Of a stretch of DNA of 64,000 bases, positions 62,098 to 64,000 are shown piece by piece; position 1 is the first letter of the stretch; each line of letters begins with the position of its first letter. Origin of the DNA: Balanoglossus misakiensis (lineage: Eukaryota > Animalia > Hemichordata); contig CM082585.2 in the NCBI GenBank assembly GCA_040954595.2, positions 8,629,649 to 8,693,648 on the forward strand, in the 5' to 3' direction. A program made the position numbers and the translations under genes. Below the pieces are notes generated by a model. That model was not told the DNA's origin, made no database searches, and worked only from the letters and a program-made list of their open reading frames with translations.

Positions 62098-62550
62098 GAT
62101 GGCGGCTAAAAGGGCGACAAATTTATCTACGGGAGCTGATGGTATACTTCATGTTGTTTTAGTTGTTCAGGCTGACGGTAGAGTCGTCGTTTTGGTGTAG
62201 TTGTGAAGAAGCCAGGAAGGGGCCGACGACACATCGAACGTAAAATTTGCAGAACATTTGTATTGGACGTACCGGTGTTTGAACACGCGAAATTACGCTC
62301 ATGCGCATAAGACGATCGTCGGCCTTTAACGGTTCAAAATCGAGAATATCAACACATGCATTAATGGGGCATGTCCTACATGTTATTCTGGCTTTGGTCG
62401 TGAACTCGGAATCGATCACGTCCTTGACAAATAACGCTGGCACCTGCAAAGATACCGCAACCAGAGATGTTGGTTTATGACGTGACCGGGGGTAGGCAGC
62501 GTGAATCATGGGAGTGCCATAAGAAAAGATGTCCCTTGGATGGACAGACC

Positions 62551-62586
62551 TTAAAGGGGAGAGGTCGTCCGAACTGCTCATGCGCC
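62551..62586 (+). mobile_element. Terminus of a TTAA-flanked non-autonomous DNA transposon, same family as 56766-56800
   Basis: ttaaaggggagaggtcgtccgaactgctcatgcgcc. No matching far end was found in the window. Confidence 0.45.
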
Positions 62587-64000
62587 ACTTTTTACAAACC
62601 ACTGTTCTCACTGATAAGAGAATCCCGCCAACCAATATACGTTACATCAAAGTAACCTGCAAATGTGACAAACAGTAACAACGCATTGTTTGCCAGGATT
62701 ATGTACAATGTTATACAAAGTAACAACCACGTTGTTTGCAATGATGTACATTGTAGCAGTTACACTATGCGCCTACATTGACTTGCTACCAGCAGCCGGG
62801 ACGACCCCATAATGAACACTACCCTTTATTGTGATACATTGTTAAAATTAGAAGTGCCTGTTCTCTGAAATTCCGCTATTGTTCTGAGAATGGGGCGATG
62901 GTGCTCTTTGTTTTCTGGCTGTCGACACATTTTCTCCAGAACGGCCTTTTAGATTTGGCACAAATTTTTAGAATTTTTAGAAATGGCAAATTAGTAGGCC
63001 CTACTGCAGTGTATTAACTGTAGCTAATAAATAATTCGTGATTGTGACTTTCACGTCACAACTAAGCGTCGTTTGCATATTTGTTTTAGCAATTTAATTC
63101 AATCTTAGTGGTTTTGGGCGCGGACTTTCTTTCTTCGTGAACTAGAGGTTGGAATTCTGACAAACTGATACAACACTGTACGCGATTAGGAGTGGCTGGC
63201 ACAACTACGCCCCATTTGAAAGATACAAGTTCTGTTATCGCGGTTACATCCGAATCAAACTTGATGACGTAATTCAGGTGATACATTGGCCAACCTTTGC
63301 AACCGGGACAATATATTCAGAAGTACCCGGCCGCATGACTTATGAAACGTTTGCAGAGTTGGAACAGAACTGCCAAGGTCACTGATAGAAGATAGATGGG
63401 CAAATTTTGACAGTCTCGTCTCTGTACAAATCATCCATCACGATTTTCCTCCTGAAAACCATCGCGTATGTGCGCAGATATCAAAGACGTCATCAAGATA
63501 TGTGAAGGGTTCTTTAAAGGTCCACCAGTATTGATGATAAAATCCTGGCGGGTCTTTAGGAAGTTTGACTGAGTTTCCTAGCCTTGTACAACTGGATCCC
63601 CAGTGGGTTTGCTGCTGACCCTGACCCCCCTCCCCCGCCCACTACCATGCACGTACATGTTCCTTTTGCAACAACAAAAAAACTGTTCGCTTTGAATATT
63701 GACACGACAGGACGCCATGCTTTGTGTACACAGTCATCTCAAACGGTAAACTTATCTTTTGTTAAACTGTTTGCGATTTGGGATTATTTGTGAGCTGGCA
63801 AAGGAAGAGTGACTGATGTGACGGTGATAACGCGTCTGTTGGTCGGTTAATATTCGATGAGAAGATGGACGACCCAACAGACAAGTAAACAAAGCAAGCC
63901 CTTGAGACGCAACAACGCATGCATTACCGCGGGCGGTGGGGTCAGACAGGATCCCTCAGTGTCCCAATCCCGAACACTGAGGACTTCAAACAGAACCTAA

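Noticed and set aside
63954-63982. 9-bp hairpin CCTCAGTGT/ACACTGAGG at the window end
   Set aside because: Short, with context truncated. Most likely part of an interspersed repeat.

Overview
Intron-rich, ~40% GC eukaryotic DNA from an animal, probably an invertebrate deuterostome (lineage inferred from gene families, not proven). Gene order: a tandem pair of intronless adenosine-receptor-like class A GPCRs on the minus strand (the first is cut off by the window edge); a 12-exon SEC14L2/3/4-like CRAL-TRIO+GOLD lipid-binding gene; a tandem pair of intronless orphan GPCRs of the galanin/allatostatin-receptor-like type; a tandem pair of 21-exon natriuretic-peptide-receptor-type membrane guanylyl cyclases; and a 7-exon cytosolic sulfotransferase-fold gene. 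All multi-exon models were built by hand from GT-AG sites with consistent phases. The strongest unusual observation is that the sulfotransferase reading frame is intact while the key PAPS-binding and catalytic residues are substituted and the dimerisation motif is kept, which makes it a candidate pseudoenzyme. Other points: both cyclases have Lys->Arg at the kinase-homology-domain ATP site and a stop codon overlapping a possible splice donor, and an inverted repeat pair brackets the transmembrane exons of cyclase 2. No prokaryotic features, CRISPR arrays, rRNA or intact tRNA genes were seen.
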